Origin: an uncultured Pseudobdellovibrionaceae bacterium | GTDB lineage: Bacteria; Bdellovibrionota; Bdellovibrionia; Bdellovibrionales; UBA1609 | Reading direction: 5' to 3' | Length of the DNA stretch: 64,000 nt | Assembly: GCA_963803705.1 (NCBI GenBank) | Contig: CAWDNU010000004.1 | Span: 1 to 64,000 of the forward strand | Shown: positions 31,739 through 41,376 of the stretch, in pieces | How the letters are laid out: each line of letters begins with the position of its first letter | How positions within the stretch are numbered: the stretch's first letter is position 1 | The notes under the pieces: model-generated | What the model was told of the DNA's origin: nothing | What the model saw: only the letters and a program-made list of their open reading frames with translations | The model's database searches: none | Made by a program: the position numbers and the translations under genes

Positions 31739-33347
31739 TTTTATCCAGGCTAATCAAAAGATGGTTATACATAAAATTAAAGTTTGCTGATTCGATGGGG
31801 ACACTTAAATAGCTAAGCAAAGTGTCCTTTGTTAGTGTACCTGATTTAAACCTTTTATAAAGCTTCTTTCCTAAAATTTTACCTAGTATACTTGCCGCTT
31901 CTAGCCGAATAGCCCAAGGAATTTCATCGTAAACAAGCTTTCGAACAACACCAGCACTTTTCGACTCGACTTCACTTAGTTTATAATCCACTGCAAATCT
32001 TAAAACTGACTCGGCGTAATCTTCGGATTCCAGATCAGAAGTTATAAGAAGCTCATTGTCTATCGACCTTAGTCTAGGGGTAAGATCGGTTTCGTTTAAA
32101 CTTTTAACTGTTGGGTTTAGCCAAAGGTTGAAAAAGAAACTAACAGCTTCAATCCAAATGCGCTTTTGCATAAAATCGTTGCCCGACCAGTTCAAGCTTT
32201 TTCTAAAGCTAAGTTTTGAATGAATAAACTCACCCACAAGGCTGTAAGCGCTATTCACAGAGGGCTTTGCTAAAAACTGAACTTCATCTTTAGGAAAAAC
32301 TAAATTTTTTTGTGCCGTGACGAAATATCCAAGCTTTGCTTTTTCTTCTTTATCTAGTTTTAAAAAATCTAGTTTTTCAAAAGCTAAATCACCAGGGGTC
32401 AAGATATCCAAATATTTTTTCCAATCCGGTAAATCAAAATCAGCGGCATAAATATCCAGAACTTTACCCAGATAGTCAGTGTAATTAGGTTCAAAGTCGT
32501 CCCCTTCAATTTCCGAAATCATCTGATCATCCATATCTTGTAAGAAAACTAAATAACTTTGTAGTTTCACCCAAGGAGTCGAGCTTAAAATGCAAAAACA
32601 ATTTTTAAGCTGTAAAACATCAAATTGATCTTCTATAGCATGCTCGGAAAGCTCAAAGTAAAGCTTGTCGCTGTTTAAATACAAGATCACATCTTTAGAG
32701 GAATCAAAGTTTACAATTTTAGCTGGCAAATGAGATTCTGCTAAATGAAAATCACCGTAAATTACGTAATTGATTCTTTCTGGGTCCTTTTTGAAAAGTC
32801 GGTTAAGAAAGTCACCCGAAACGCTATCTCTTGATGGTAAGGACTCTTGTTTCGAATCATTGATACCGAATACTTTAACACCCTCGGCTTTAGCCCAGCT
32901 AAGCAACACTTCATAACCTTTAAGCGGCAGACCAAGCCATTTCTTTTGCCAATGAGTTAGCCGAAATAACTGCTCTAAAGTCACCTTAGAAGCCAAGTAA
33001 TCGTCAATATGCTTTTGGTCTTTGATATCGAAAACCTCTAAGGAGATACAAATTGACCTGTCAATTTTCTTTGACTTAAGTTCTTTTTTTAAATTCCTAA
33101 GCATCCGTAAGTGCGTTCTTTGTGATTGATAAAAGTAATGAAAGTCGCCGGCTAAAACGAACCTGGATTTAAGAATTTTGGACATCAAGTCCTGCATAGA
33201 TGCAATATCCCACACACCGTCAAAGGCTTTCTCGTACTCATCTTTATAAATTTGAAGCTCCACACTAAGGGGTCCGGTGATCATCTGGATCTCTTGCCGA
33301 AGTGATTCATAAAAATGACGTCTTGTCTTTAACCATCTAGAATGCAT
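31722..33347 (-). CDS. ChaN-family (TIKI/EreA-like fold) protein
   Basis: VLAGDFH, SLEVF and YGDFHL motifs; no lipoprotein signal seen. Confidence 0.65.
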   Translation of the reverse strand: MHSRWLKTRRHFYESLRQEIQMITGPLSVELQIYKDEYEKAFDGVWDIASMQDLMSKILKSRFVLAGDFHYFYQSQRTHLRMLRNLKKELKSKKIDRSICISLEVFDIKDQKHIDDYLASKVTLEQLFRLTHWQKKWLGLPLKGYEVLLSWAKAEGVKVFGINDSKQESLPSRDSVSGDFLNRLFKKDPERINYVIYGDFHLAESHLPAKIVNFDSSKDVILYLNSDKLYFELSEHAIEDQFDVLQLKNCFCILSSTPWVKLQSYLVFLQDMDDQMISEIEGDDFEPNYTDYLGKVLDIYAADFDLPDWKKYLDILTPGDLAFEKLDFLKLDKEEKAKLGYFVTAQKNLVFPKDEVQFLAKPSVNSAYSLVGEFIHSKLSFRKSLNWSGNDFMQKRIWIEAVSFFFNLWLNPTVKSLNETDLTPRLRSIDNELLITSDLESEDYAESVLRFAVDYKLSEVESKSAGVVRKLVYDEIPWAIRLEAASILGKILGKKLYKRFKSGTLTKDTLLSYLSVPIESANFNFMYNHLLISLDKNDVKK

Positions 33348-33392
33348 ATTATATATTATATTTTTTGTTATGGTTTTTAATCAATCAAGGAA

Positions 33393-34583
33393 ATGGAAAT
33401 GATAAAAAAAACTCACTTGCTTGCAATATCAATTTGTTTGTCTATTGTTTTGCACGCCTATTTAACAAACAGCTACTTTCAGGTTCACTACGGTGACGGT
33501 GGTACCAGCAATGCGATTTGTAATGTGGGTGAAAAGTTCAATTGCGAAGCCGTAACGGCTAGCAGCTACTCACAATTTTTGGGAATTCCTTTAGCAACCT
33601 GGGGTTTAGGTCTTAATTTAAGTTTACTTCTTCTTTTATTAGGATACATGCTTTCTGACCAATTTAAAAAAGAATGGCTAGGAGCTTTGCAGCTGCTGAT
33701 TATAATCAGCGCCCTTGGATCTGTGGTTATGGCTGCTGTCTCTATTAGCTTTTTAACTGTGTACTGCTTATTTTGCATATTTTTGTATCTACTTTCTTTC
33801 TTTCAGCTTTTGGTTATCTTCAAAATATCAAACTTTCTAGACTTTAAGACTAACGTTAAATGCTTGTTCGACATTAGGAGCACACCCTACGGAATTTATA
33901 TTGTTTTAGCGTTATTTCCAGTTGTATCAGCTTTTGTTGGAGCAAAAATGAAGCGAGATTTCGGTGGAGACAGGTTTGATAAGCAAGTCACAGCTCTTAT
34001 TCAGTCTTGGAAAAATGAAACTAATGTCGTTACATTCCGTAACACCCCCGCAACTCTTATCAAAGCTAACACCGAAAACCCATCTGACTTCGAAATAGTT
34101 GAGTTTGCAGATTTTCTATGTGGCCATTGTAAAAAAGCATCAAAAACAATTAAGACTTTCTTGGTTGGACATAAAGCGAATTTTAGATTTTATACCTTTC
34201 CTTTAGACAAAACTTGCCGGACTATTGATAACACCTTAACCGGCCCAAGTTGTTATCTTGCGAAGACAGCTTACTGTGCAGATAAACAGTCTAAGGGCTG
34301 GCAAGCTCACGACTGGATTTTTGAGAATCAAGATAAATTGATGACCTCAGTGGAAAAAGTTAAACCTATAATTGAGGGTATGAACTCAGATCTTGGCCTA
34401 AATGAGCAAGCTTTGGCGAGCTGTATCGAGGACGAAAACACTCATAAGGCAATAGTAACTCAAAGCCAATTTGCTGAAAACCTTAATATTACCGGGACCC
34501 CAACAATTTATGTCAATGGCAAGAAGCTAAAGGGCGGTCAAATTTTAGATGTTTTAAAGAAAGCTTACAAGATAAGTCATTGA
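33393..34583 (+). CDS. VKOR-DsbA/thioredoxin fusion (disulfide bond formation)
   Basis: VKOR loop C..C plus SSYS and CLFC; thioredoxin EFADFLCGHC and GTPT. Confidence 0.92.
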   Translation: MEMIKKTHLLAISICLSIVLHAYLTNSYFQVHYGDGGTSNAICNVGEKFNCEAVTASSYSQFLGIPLATWGLGLNLSLLLLLLGYMLSDQFKKEWLGALQLLIIISALGSVVMAAVSISFLTVYCLFCIFLYLLSFFQLLVIFKISNFLDFKTNVKCLFDIRSTPYGIYIVLALFPVVSAFVGAKMKRDFGGDRFDKQVTALIQSWKNETNVVTFRNTPATLIKANTENPSDFEIVEFADFLCGHCKKASKTIKTFLVGHKANFRFYTFPLDKTCRTIDNTLTGPSCYLAKTAYCADKQSKGWQAHDWIFENQDKLMTSVEKVKPIIEGMNSDLGLNEQALASCIEDENTHKAIVTQSQFAENLNITGTPTIYVNGKKLKGGQILDVLKKAYKISH

Positions 34584-34742
34584 CAGGGTTAGGTAAACTC
34601 CAGGAACATTATATTATGTTCTGAGGCTTGTGTGTCTTGAACATTTTGGTAGGCATCTAGTTAGTATAATTGATTAAGCTGATTGATCTAATGCCATTAA
34701 ACTAGTTAATAAATCTGACTAGCGAAAAAAAATATTCAATAA

Positions 34743-36035
34743 ATGGATTTAACTTTTGGGGTCATCTTGAAAAAAAAATCAGATCAGGAAAATTTAAACT
34801 CTGCTTTGGCAAATGCTAGCAAGTCCTTAACCCAAACTTTGCCTGTAACTCCTGACATTAATCCCTCAAACGAGTTTTCATCTTATCCAAGTGCAAGTTT
34901 ACAATCTGTTATAAAGCACAATGAGGACTTGATGGCTCGCCTATCTGTAAACCTAAGGCGTGTTGGTCATCTGGAAAAAATCATCGAAGATGTAAGTATG
35001 AGATTCAAAATCGAAAAGTCAAATTCCGATTCATTAAGAGATGAATTGCTCATTCACAATGAAAAAAACAGACTTTCGGAATCACAACTTCAGAAGATGA
35101 CCGCTGAGCTTAGTCGATATCAAAAATCATCTGACCAGCTGCAAACAAAGTCAGATTCATTAATGGCGGAGCTGCTAGACAAAAGCTCTGAGTATGAATC
35201 TAGGCTTCAACAGCTAAAGCTTGAAGTTGACGAACTAGCGGATTCAAAAAGATACGCTGAAGACGAACTGAAGCCTAAGTTAGCTCAGATGGAAGAAAAA
35301 AATGGGACACTTCTGAAAAGTGTCCAGGATTCTCGCTTAAAAAATGAAGATCTTAAAGAAAAGCTACTAAACCTAAGCCAACAAGCTCAAGCTGAGGCTT
35401 TGAAATTCCAAAGTTTGTGCAAAGATCTGCAGACAAAGATCAGAGATAAAGATCAGTTGATCTCGCAGTTTCAAGGTTTAGACGAAAAGATTAAATTTGT
35501 GACTAAAGAAAAAACAATTTTGGAGAATAAAAACATAGACTTAGAGCATGAAGTTAAAAGGATATTTTCAGCAAAATCGTCAGAGCTAGAAAATGTTCAA
35601 AGCGAACTGACCCTGAAAAATAACGAGATTCAGAAGCTTAAAATTGAAAACTATGAGCTTAAAAAGTCTTGGGCCGATGCTCACAAAAGAGCAAAAGATT
35701 TCGAGTCACAAAATTCTTCTTTAGAAGAACAGTCAAATTCTATGAAGCATATGTGGCAAGAGAAAAATCGTAAGCAGACAGAGCTAGAGTCTCAATTGAA
35801 AATTTTAGAAAATATGCGACATGAGCTGTCCAACAAACTACGCAACTTAGATAACGAAATCAAAAGCAAAAATTTAAAAATTAATGACCTGTTGAGTATG
35901 ATCGACATGATGAAATCGAAGGGTCAGTTTGAGAAAGACGCCATTTTAGAAACTGCAATACGGGGAGTAAAAAATCTTTACTTCCAAGAGGAAGAAAAAC
36001 CTTCAATCGACAGCACTAAAACCATCAGTTTTTAA
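34743..36035 (+). CDS. long coiled-coil hypothetical protein
   Basis: Heptad-rich E/K/L/Q composition over about 350 aa. Confidence 0.7.
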   Translation: MDLTFGVILKKKSDQENLNSALANASKSLTQTLPVTPDINPSNEFSSYPSASLQSVIKHNEDLMARLSVNLRRVGHLEKIIEDVSMRFKIEKSNSDSLRDELLIHNEKNRLSESQLQKMTAELSRYQKSSDQLQTKSDSLMAELLDKSSEYESRLQQLKLEVDELADSKRYAEDELKPKLAQMEEKNGTLLKSVQDSRLKNEDLKEKLLNLSQQAQAEALKFQSLCKDLQTKIRDKDQLISQFQGLDEKIKFVTKEKTILENKNIDLEHEVKRIFSAKSSELENVQSELTLKNNEIQKLKIENYELKKSWADAHKRAKDFESQNSSLEEQSNSMKHMWQEKNRKQTELESQLKILENMRHELSNKLRNLDNEIKSKNLKINDLLSMIDMMKSKGQFEKDAILETAIRGVKNLYFQEEEKPSIDSTKTISF

Positions 36036-36362
36036 GACAACCTTTTGTTTTGCTTCACTAAGATTTAAATAAATCTGAAATTTTTCACTTAAATAAGGTT
36101 CTAGAAGACGTTTATACTCTAAGCCCACATCACAAACACTTAGGCCGTTCGGGTTTTTTTCAGACAGTTCTACCAGTGTCTCTACGAAAGAGCTCATTCC
36201 AGTGGAACCAACAAAGTCCAAATCTCGTAAAGAAAAAACCACCTTGTTTTGCAAGAAGTGTCTAAAACCCTTTCTTTTGAACTCGAAAGCTTTGTCAAAA
36301 TCCAAAGTACCAGATAGCGTCACTACCAGAATATCTTCTTCTAAAGTAATATTTGCGTTCAT
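36003..36362 (-). CDS. STAS domain / anti-sigma factor antagonist
   Basis: LSGTLD and LRDLDFVGSTG motifs. Confidence 0.85.
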   Translation of the reverse strand: MNANITLEEDILVVTLSGTLDFDKAFEFKRKGFRHFLQNKVVFSLRDLDFVGSTGMSSFVETLVELSEKNPNGLSVCDVGLEYKRLLEPYLSEKFQIYLNLSEAKQKVVLKTDGFSAVD

Positions 36363-36617
36363 TAAGACCCAGCCTTTTTGGTACCTACTTTCATTATATG
36401 CTTGTTTTTAATTCAACAACATATGGTCTGGTTCAAAAGCAGGGAAAATCAGGACTTCCGAAGGTCATTTTAGGCCCATGGTATAGTGTAAACTAACTAT
36501 TAAGTCTAACCCAGCACACCCATTACTTCTTGTATCGATTGCCGTTTGGATTTAGTTTATTTATACAAACTAGACTTTGAGACTTGAGCTCATAACTTTA
36601 ATAGAATAGGGCTTCGC

Positions 36618-38987
36618 TTGTCTTTTAAAAAAAATATCTTCTACGTTCTAATTTTTGCAATCTTGGGATCAGGATTGCTAGCAAGCGCACAAGATAAATC
36701 GGACCAAAAAAACGTAAACAAAATAAGTGACATTATTTACCAGGCTGACGTTATACAAGCAGACTTAGACAAAGGCTCTGCGCTGTTAAAAGGAAATGTA
36801 ATTATTTACTTTGAGGGATACAAGCTTACAGCTCCAGAAGCGGAGATTATAAAAGCCGAGTCAAGATTTACCGCCAGCGGTGGCGTGAAGATAGAAAACC
36901 TGATGACTACGATGACGGCAGAGTACGTTGAAATCTTTTTTAATGACAACACCGGTATTTTAAAAAATGCACGGATTGTTTCGGGTCAGGTGCTAATTGA
37001 GGCCAGTGAAATCAGAAAACTTGATAAGGATGTGTTCGAAGCCGACAACTCTTACTTTACTTCGTGTTTGACCTGCCCCCCTTTTTTAAGTTTTAGAGCT
37101 AAAAAAATTAAAACCAATATAAACAAATATATCGACCTTCGTTGGGGTCGTCCACAGATTGGGAACCAACCTATTTTTTTAGTACCAAGACTTATATTCC
37201 CTGTGAACACAAGAAGAAAAACAGGGCTACTTTTTATTACACCGGATTTGTCAACAGCCCGCGGGCAGTTTAGTTTAGGTATTCCTTACTTTTGGGCGAT
37301 TTCAGATCATCAAGATCTTACTTTTACGCCAGAAATTTATTCGAAATCGGGAATTAATACTGTCTTTAACTACAGACACCTTTTTAATTCTGAAAGTAAA
37401 ATGGAAGCTAACTTTGCGTACATGAAAGATAACGACTTTGTTATTTATGACTTTCAAAATAAGACAGAAAATAGCATCGTGTCTAATCGTTGGTTTTTCG
37501 ATTTTAAAAATGAGCTTTATCTGCCTAAAAATTTCGTCCAAAAATCTAAGATTCGGATAGTTAGTGACACTATTTACCTGTCAGATTTTCCTAATAGATT
37601 TTCTGATCGAACTGAACCAAATATCGAAAACCAAATTTCCATTGTTAAGAATGAGGGCAATAATCACTTTTCATCTGAAGTTGTTTATAACATCAATTTA
37701 CTGACCGAGAATTTCGAAATTGATAACTTAGATGCTGTTCACCGTACTCCACAAATAAAGTATAACCGATTGAATTCTATTTTTCTAAAAAACTTTAGAT
37801 TCAGCTTTGATTCGGAATACAACAAGTTTACCAGAAAAGGGCTTTCTTTTGATGAAATCGAAATCAACGCCTTGCCCTTAGCCCCAGGTCAGCTGCCTAA
37901 AGAAATTAGCACGTCCCCTACTGGAACTTACGACCCTACGTTGGGCTTGATCAGATCAGGCCACCGCTTGTTTTTGCAACCAAATGTAGTGGGATCTTTT
38001 AACCTGAATGACCGTTTACTGGCTTTACCGAAGATCAGACTGAATCAAGGTTTTTACTCTTTTTCACCCGAATTTAACGACGCTGTGGCAGCTAATCCAG
38101 AAGGTTTGCCCTACTCGGAGCTTGCGCAAAGAAGTTATGTTGAAGCAGAGTTGGAATTTAAAACTCAGTTTTCAAAAGTTTTTAATACTAAATGGAAACA
38201 CACCGTTGAGCCGTCAATTGCTTATGTTAAAGGAAATGTAATTTCAGAGACAGATCACGTGTTTTTTCAAAGCACTAGGGATTTGCCGTATTATCGAAGA
38301 TTTCAACCCATAAATGACTCTGATTTTTTTGACTATAACCATGGTATTCAATTTGATTATTACGACCGTATTGAAGATACAGAAATTGTTAAAATAGCTT
38401 TGCTGCAAACTTTTTTACGAAAAAACAAATCTAATAATATAGATTACTATAGCCAACCCATATATTTAGAGCTTTCTCAAAACTACGATTTTATAAACGC
38501 TCAAAGCGATAGGCCAGATCCTTGGTCTACATTAAATGCTTTAGTAAAAATAAAAACAGACAAGACCGAAACTTTCACACAAGCTTCTCATTTTCATAAG
38601 CTTAGAAAAACAAATTTTTCTACTAGAAATAAATATATATACCAACCAGGAAAATTTGTTTCTTTTTCATACAAAAATAACTACCTAATTAACCGGAATA
38701 ATGAAGAAGAGTTTCATCAAGAATTTTTCGGTTTTGGTGCTGGCTGGAAACTGCCATTTATTTCTTTTTCTGGAGAAGTTCTTTACTCAACGCTGGACGA
38801 CCAAGTTCAACAGTGGCAATCCCGACTGGGATATAGTCCTCCTGGTGAATGCCTAGAGTTTTTTATAAACATTTTTGGTAACATCGATCGTAGGCAAGCC
38901 ACAAATAGACCTAACTTCAAATTCAATTTTGTTTGGAATTTCGGGCAAGGTAGCGAGAAGCCAAGTGATGTTAGCGCGGTTTTCTGA
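36618..38987 (+). CDS. lptD: LPS-assembly protein LptD
   Basis: Signal peptide, jellyroll N-domain, FTSC, RKTGLLF and PYFWAI motifs; aromatic beta-barrel C-terminus. Confidence 0.88.
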   Translation: MSFKKNIFYVLIFAILGSGLLASAQDKSDQKNVNKISDIIYQADVIQADLDKGSALLKGNVIIYFEGYKLTAPEAEIIKAESRFTASGGVKIENLMTTMTAEYVEIFFNDNTGILKNARIVSGQVLIEASEIRKLDKDVFEADNSYFTSCLTCPPFLSFRAKKIKTNINKYIDLRWGRPQIGNQPIFLVPRLIFPVNTRRKTGLLFITPDLSTARGQFSLGIPYFWAISDHQDLTFTPEIYSKSGINTVFNYRHLFNSESKMEANFAYMKDNDFVIYDFQNKTENSIVSNRWFFDFKNELYLPKNFVQKSKIRIVSDTIYLSDFPNRFSDRTEPNIENQISIVKNEGNNHFSSEVVYNINLLTENFEIDNLDAVHRTPQIKYNRLNSIFLKNFRFSFDSEYNKFTRKGLSFDEIEINALPLAPGQLPKEISTSPTGTYDPTLGLIRSGHRLFLQPNVVGSFNLNDRLLALPKIRLNQGFYSFSPEFNDAVAANPEGLPYSELAQRSYVEAELEFKTQFSKVFNTKWKHTVEPSIAYVKGNVISETDHVFFQSTRDLPYYRRFQPINDSDFFDYNHGIQFDYYDRIEDTEIVKIALLQTFLRKNKSNNIDYYSQPIYLELSQNYDFINAQSDRPDPWSTLNALVKIKTDKTETFTQASHFHKLRKTNFSTRNKYIYQPGKFVSFSYKNNYLINRNNEEEFHQEFFGFGAGWKLPFISFSGEVLYSTLDDQVQQWQSRLGYSPPGECLEFFINIFGNIDRRQATNRPNFKFNFVWNFGQGSEKPSDVSAVF

Positions 38988-39016
38988 TCTTGCCCCTTGT
39001 TTGCGTGGTGAATTAC

Positions 39017-39190
39017 TGTCTACCGCGCTACGCTGGCGGTTTTCCTTCGTGTCTACCGCGCTACGCTGGCACGGCCACATGCATAGCTGTACAGCTTCGC
39101 TTGCCGTGGCGGTTTTCCTTCGTGTCTACCGCGCTACGCTGGCACGGCCACATGCATAGCTGTACGGCTTCACATGCTGTTGCGGTTTTC
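39017..39190 (+). repeat. tandem array of a 73-bp GC-rich hairpin unit (one internally deleted copy, one full, one degenerate)
   Basis: TGTCTACCGCGCTACGCTGGC at 39017, 39050 and 39123; internal AGCTGTACAGCT palindrome and CACGGC/GCCGTG stem. Confidence 0.93.
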
Positions 39191-39970
39191 TTAGTGAATG
39201 CTTGCGTACACCCGATGGGAATCACCGTGATCTTCTAATTTGTCCAGAAAATCGTAGACCTCGTCTTTTTGTTCATCTGAAAGCTCTGTAAAATTTTTAG
39301 GTTTGTAAGAAAGCTCGGCCATTTTGATGGACCATCCCCTATTTGTTAGCTGATCTCTTACAGAACCGACATCTTCTTGAGCTGTGTAAAATACAGCCTG
39401 GTCAGACAATAACTTTTCAGCTCGGTTTATAGTGTTAGCTTCACTGCGTGAAGCTTCAGTTTGGCTTTCGCACCCTTCACTACGTGAAGCTTCAACATCT
39501 TGAGCTCCGGCCTCTATAGCTTCTTCTTCAAGGTCAACCTTTTGATCCTTACTGGCTTCAATTAACCCTATACGGTCGAACATCCAGGCAACTGACCCCA
39601 GCTCACCCATGGCGCCACCTGCCTTTGTAAATAGCATCCTTAGTTCAGCAGCCGTTCGAGCTCTGTTATCTGTTTGGCATTCAACCAGAACACCAACCTG
39701 ATGCGGTCCGTAACCTTCGTAGGTTAATTCTTCTATGTCTTTACCATCATCTAAAAGACCAGCTCCACGCATTATAGCTTTTTCAATTGTATCTTTCGGG
39801 CATGAAGCTGCTTTTGCAAGATCTACTGCAATCTTTAGTCTTACATTGCCATCTATATCTGGCCCACCAAGTTTAGAGGCAACTTGAATCTCTTTGACAA
39901 ACTTCGTGAATATAGCGCCACGCTTAGATGCCGTGTCTGCCTTAGCACCTTTCTTCCACTGTTTTCCCAT
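39191..39970 (-). CDS. yebC: YebC/PmpR family protein with a repeat-derived in-frame insertion
   Basis: YEGYGP, TDNRART and GSVAWMF motifs; extra peptide EASRSEGCESQTEASRSEANTINRAEKLL. Confidence 0.95.
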   Translation of the reverse strand: MGKQWKKGAKADTASKRGAIFTKFVKEIQVASKLGGPDIDGNVRLKIAVDLAKAASCPKDTIEKAIMRGAGLLDDGKDIEELTYEGYGPHQVGVLVECQTDNRARTAAELRMLFTKAGGAMGELGSVAWMFDRIGLIEASKDQKVDLEEEAIEAGAQDVEASRSEGCESQTEASRSEANTINRAEKLLSDQAVFYTAQEDVGSVRDQLTNRGWSIKMAELSYKPKNFTELSDEQKDEVYDFLDKLEDHGDSHRVYASIH

Positions 39971-40014
39971 AATTTCTGTCTCCTCTTGGCATTTAGCTTA
40001 GAAACTTTAGCTGT

Positions 40015-40455
40015 TTACTGCTTGTGGTCAGCAAGCAACTTATAAGCCTGTGCGTAGTACTTAATTTGTTTGACCATACTATTTAAGCCATTAGTTCGAC
40101 TGGCTGACAAGTGCTGAGCCAACTCAACCTTTTCTATAAAAAAAGGTGCTGTAGATAAAATATCTTCAGGGCTTCGCTGACTGTACACTTTTAGTAGCAG
40201 GGCTACGAGACCCTTTACGATCACAGCATCGCTATCTCCTTGAAAGGAAACTAAACCGCTATCTTCAAGTTTGGCTTTTAACCAAACTTGCGACTGGCAG
40301 CCTTTAACTTTTAGGTCTTCAACTTTATCAGAGTTATCCATGGGTTCTAAATTTTTACCCAAAAAAATCAGATGTTTATATTTATGTTCCCAAGTCTGAA
40401 ATTTAGAAAAATCACCTACAATTTCGTCTTGAGTGCTATTTATTGATTTGGACAT
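40015..40455 (-). CDS. sufE: SufE family Fe-S sulfur acceptor
   Basis: VKGCQSQVW, GDSDA and LSASRTNGL motifs. Confidence 0.93.
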   Translation of the reverse strand: MSKSINSTQDEIVGDFSKFQTWEHKYKHLIFLGKNLEPMDNSDKVEDLKVKGCQSQVWLKAKLEDSGLVSFQGDSDAVIVKGLVALLLKVYSQRSPEDILSTAPFFIEKVELAQHLSASRTNGLNSMVKQIKYYAQAYKLLADHKQ

Positions 40456-40647
40456 GACTCAAAGTAGATAAAATCTAGCACTTTTGCAATTTTAGATTGA
40501 TTTTAGCCACTTACAGTATTATGCATAGCTTCATCTAAGGGTAATTTTTAAGGTTGGTTTTACATTTGTTTTCGTGTAATTTCATAAACTTCAATTGCTT
40601 ATTGAACTGAATTATTTGATTAAGAAAAAACACAAGGAGATGTCTTA

Positions 40648-41277
40648 ATGTCGAAACAACGGGTTAAACCTAAATACAAAACCCAAAGAAGACTTGGGGT
40701 AGAGCTTCCAGGACTTGGAAAAGCTGGTGCACTTGAAAGAAAGCCCTACCCACCTGGCGAACATGGATCTAAAAGAAAAAAGTTTTCTAACTACGCTCTA
40801 CAGCTAGAAGAAAAACAAAAGATTCTACACAATTACTGTTTGCGTGAAAAGCAACTTCGTCGCTTTATCAGAGACTCAAAAAAAGGTACTTCGGCAAACT
40901 GGATTGCTTCTTTGGCAGGCCTTTTGGAACGAAGACTTGATAACGTAGTATTTAGATTGAATTTTGCTCCTAGCATTCGTTCGGCAAGGCAATTAATTGG
41001 CCACGGACATATTTTTGTGAACGGTAAAAAGTGTGACGTTGGTTCTGCCGTTCTTAAAGTTGGCGATGAGGTGGCTTTGAAAGATTCGTCTTATGAGCAT
41101 CAGTGCTATTTAAGGGCAAAAGACAACCCAAGAATGGACACTCCTGACTATTTATCGAAAGAAGCTAAAGAAAGTAAAGAGACTGGTAAAATCGTAAACA
41201 TACCGGGTTTAGAAGCTATTCCTTTCGCATTTCAATCGGGACTATTTACAGAATACTATTCTCAAAGAAAAGCATAG
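40648..41277 (+). CDS. rpsD: 30S ribosomal protein S4
   Basis: PPGEHG, QLEEKQK, LERRLDNVVFR and ARQLIGHGH motifs. Confidence 0.97.
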   Translation: MSKQRVKPKYKTQRRLGVELPGLGKAGALERKPYPPGEHGSKRKKFSNYALQLEEKQKILHNYCLREKQLRRFIRDSKKGTSANWIASLAGLLERRLDNVVFRLNFAPSIRSARQLIGHGHIFVNGKKCDVGSAVLKVGDEVALKDSSYEHQCYLRAKDNPRMDTPDYLSKEAKESKETGKIVNIPGLEAIPFAFQSGLFTEYYSQRKA

Positions 41278-41302
41278 TAGATTCAAGATTATAAGATTTT
41301 TG

Positions 41303-41347
41303 GAATTAAAAAAAAGACAGTGTTTTACACTGTCTTTTTTTTAATTC
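41303..41347. terminator. bidirectional rho-independent terminator
   Basis: GAATT-A8-GACAGTGT ttt ACACTGTC-T8-AATTC between convergent genes. Confidence 0.88.
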
Positions 41348-41376
41348 AGCACTTGATCGAAAGGTTTGACGTTGTC

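Noticed and set aside
39017..39190. Possible CRISPR array
   Set aside because: The sequence between the repeated 21-mers is itself repeated rather than unique spacers, and no cas genes are present
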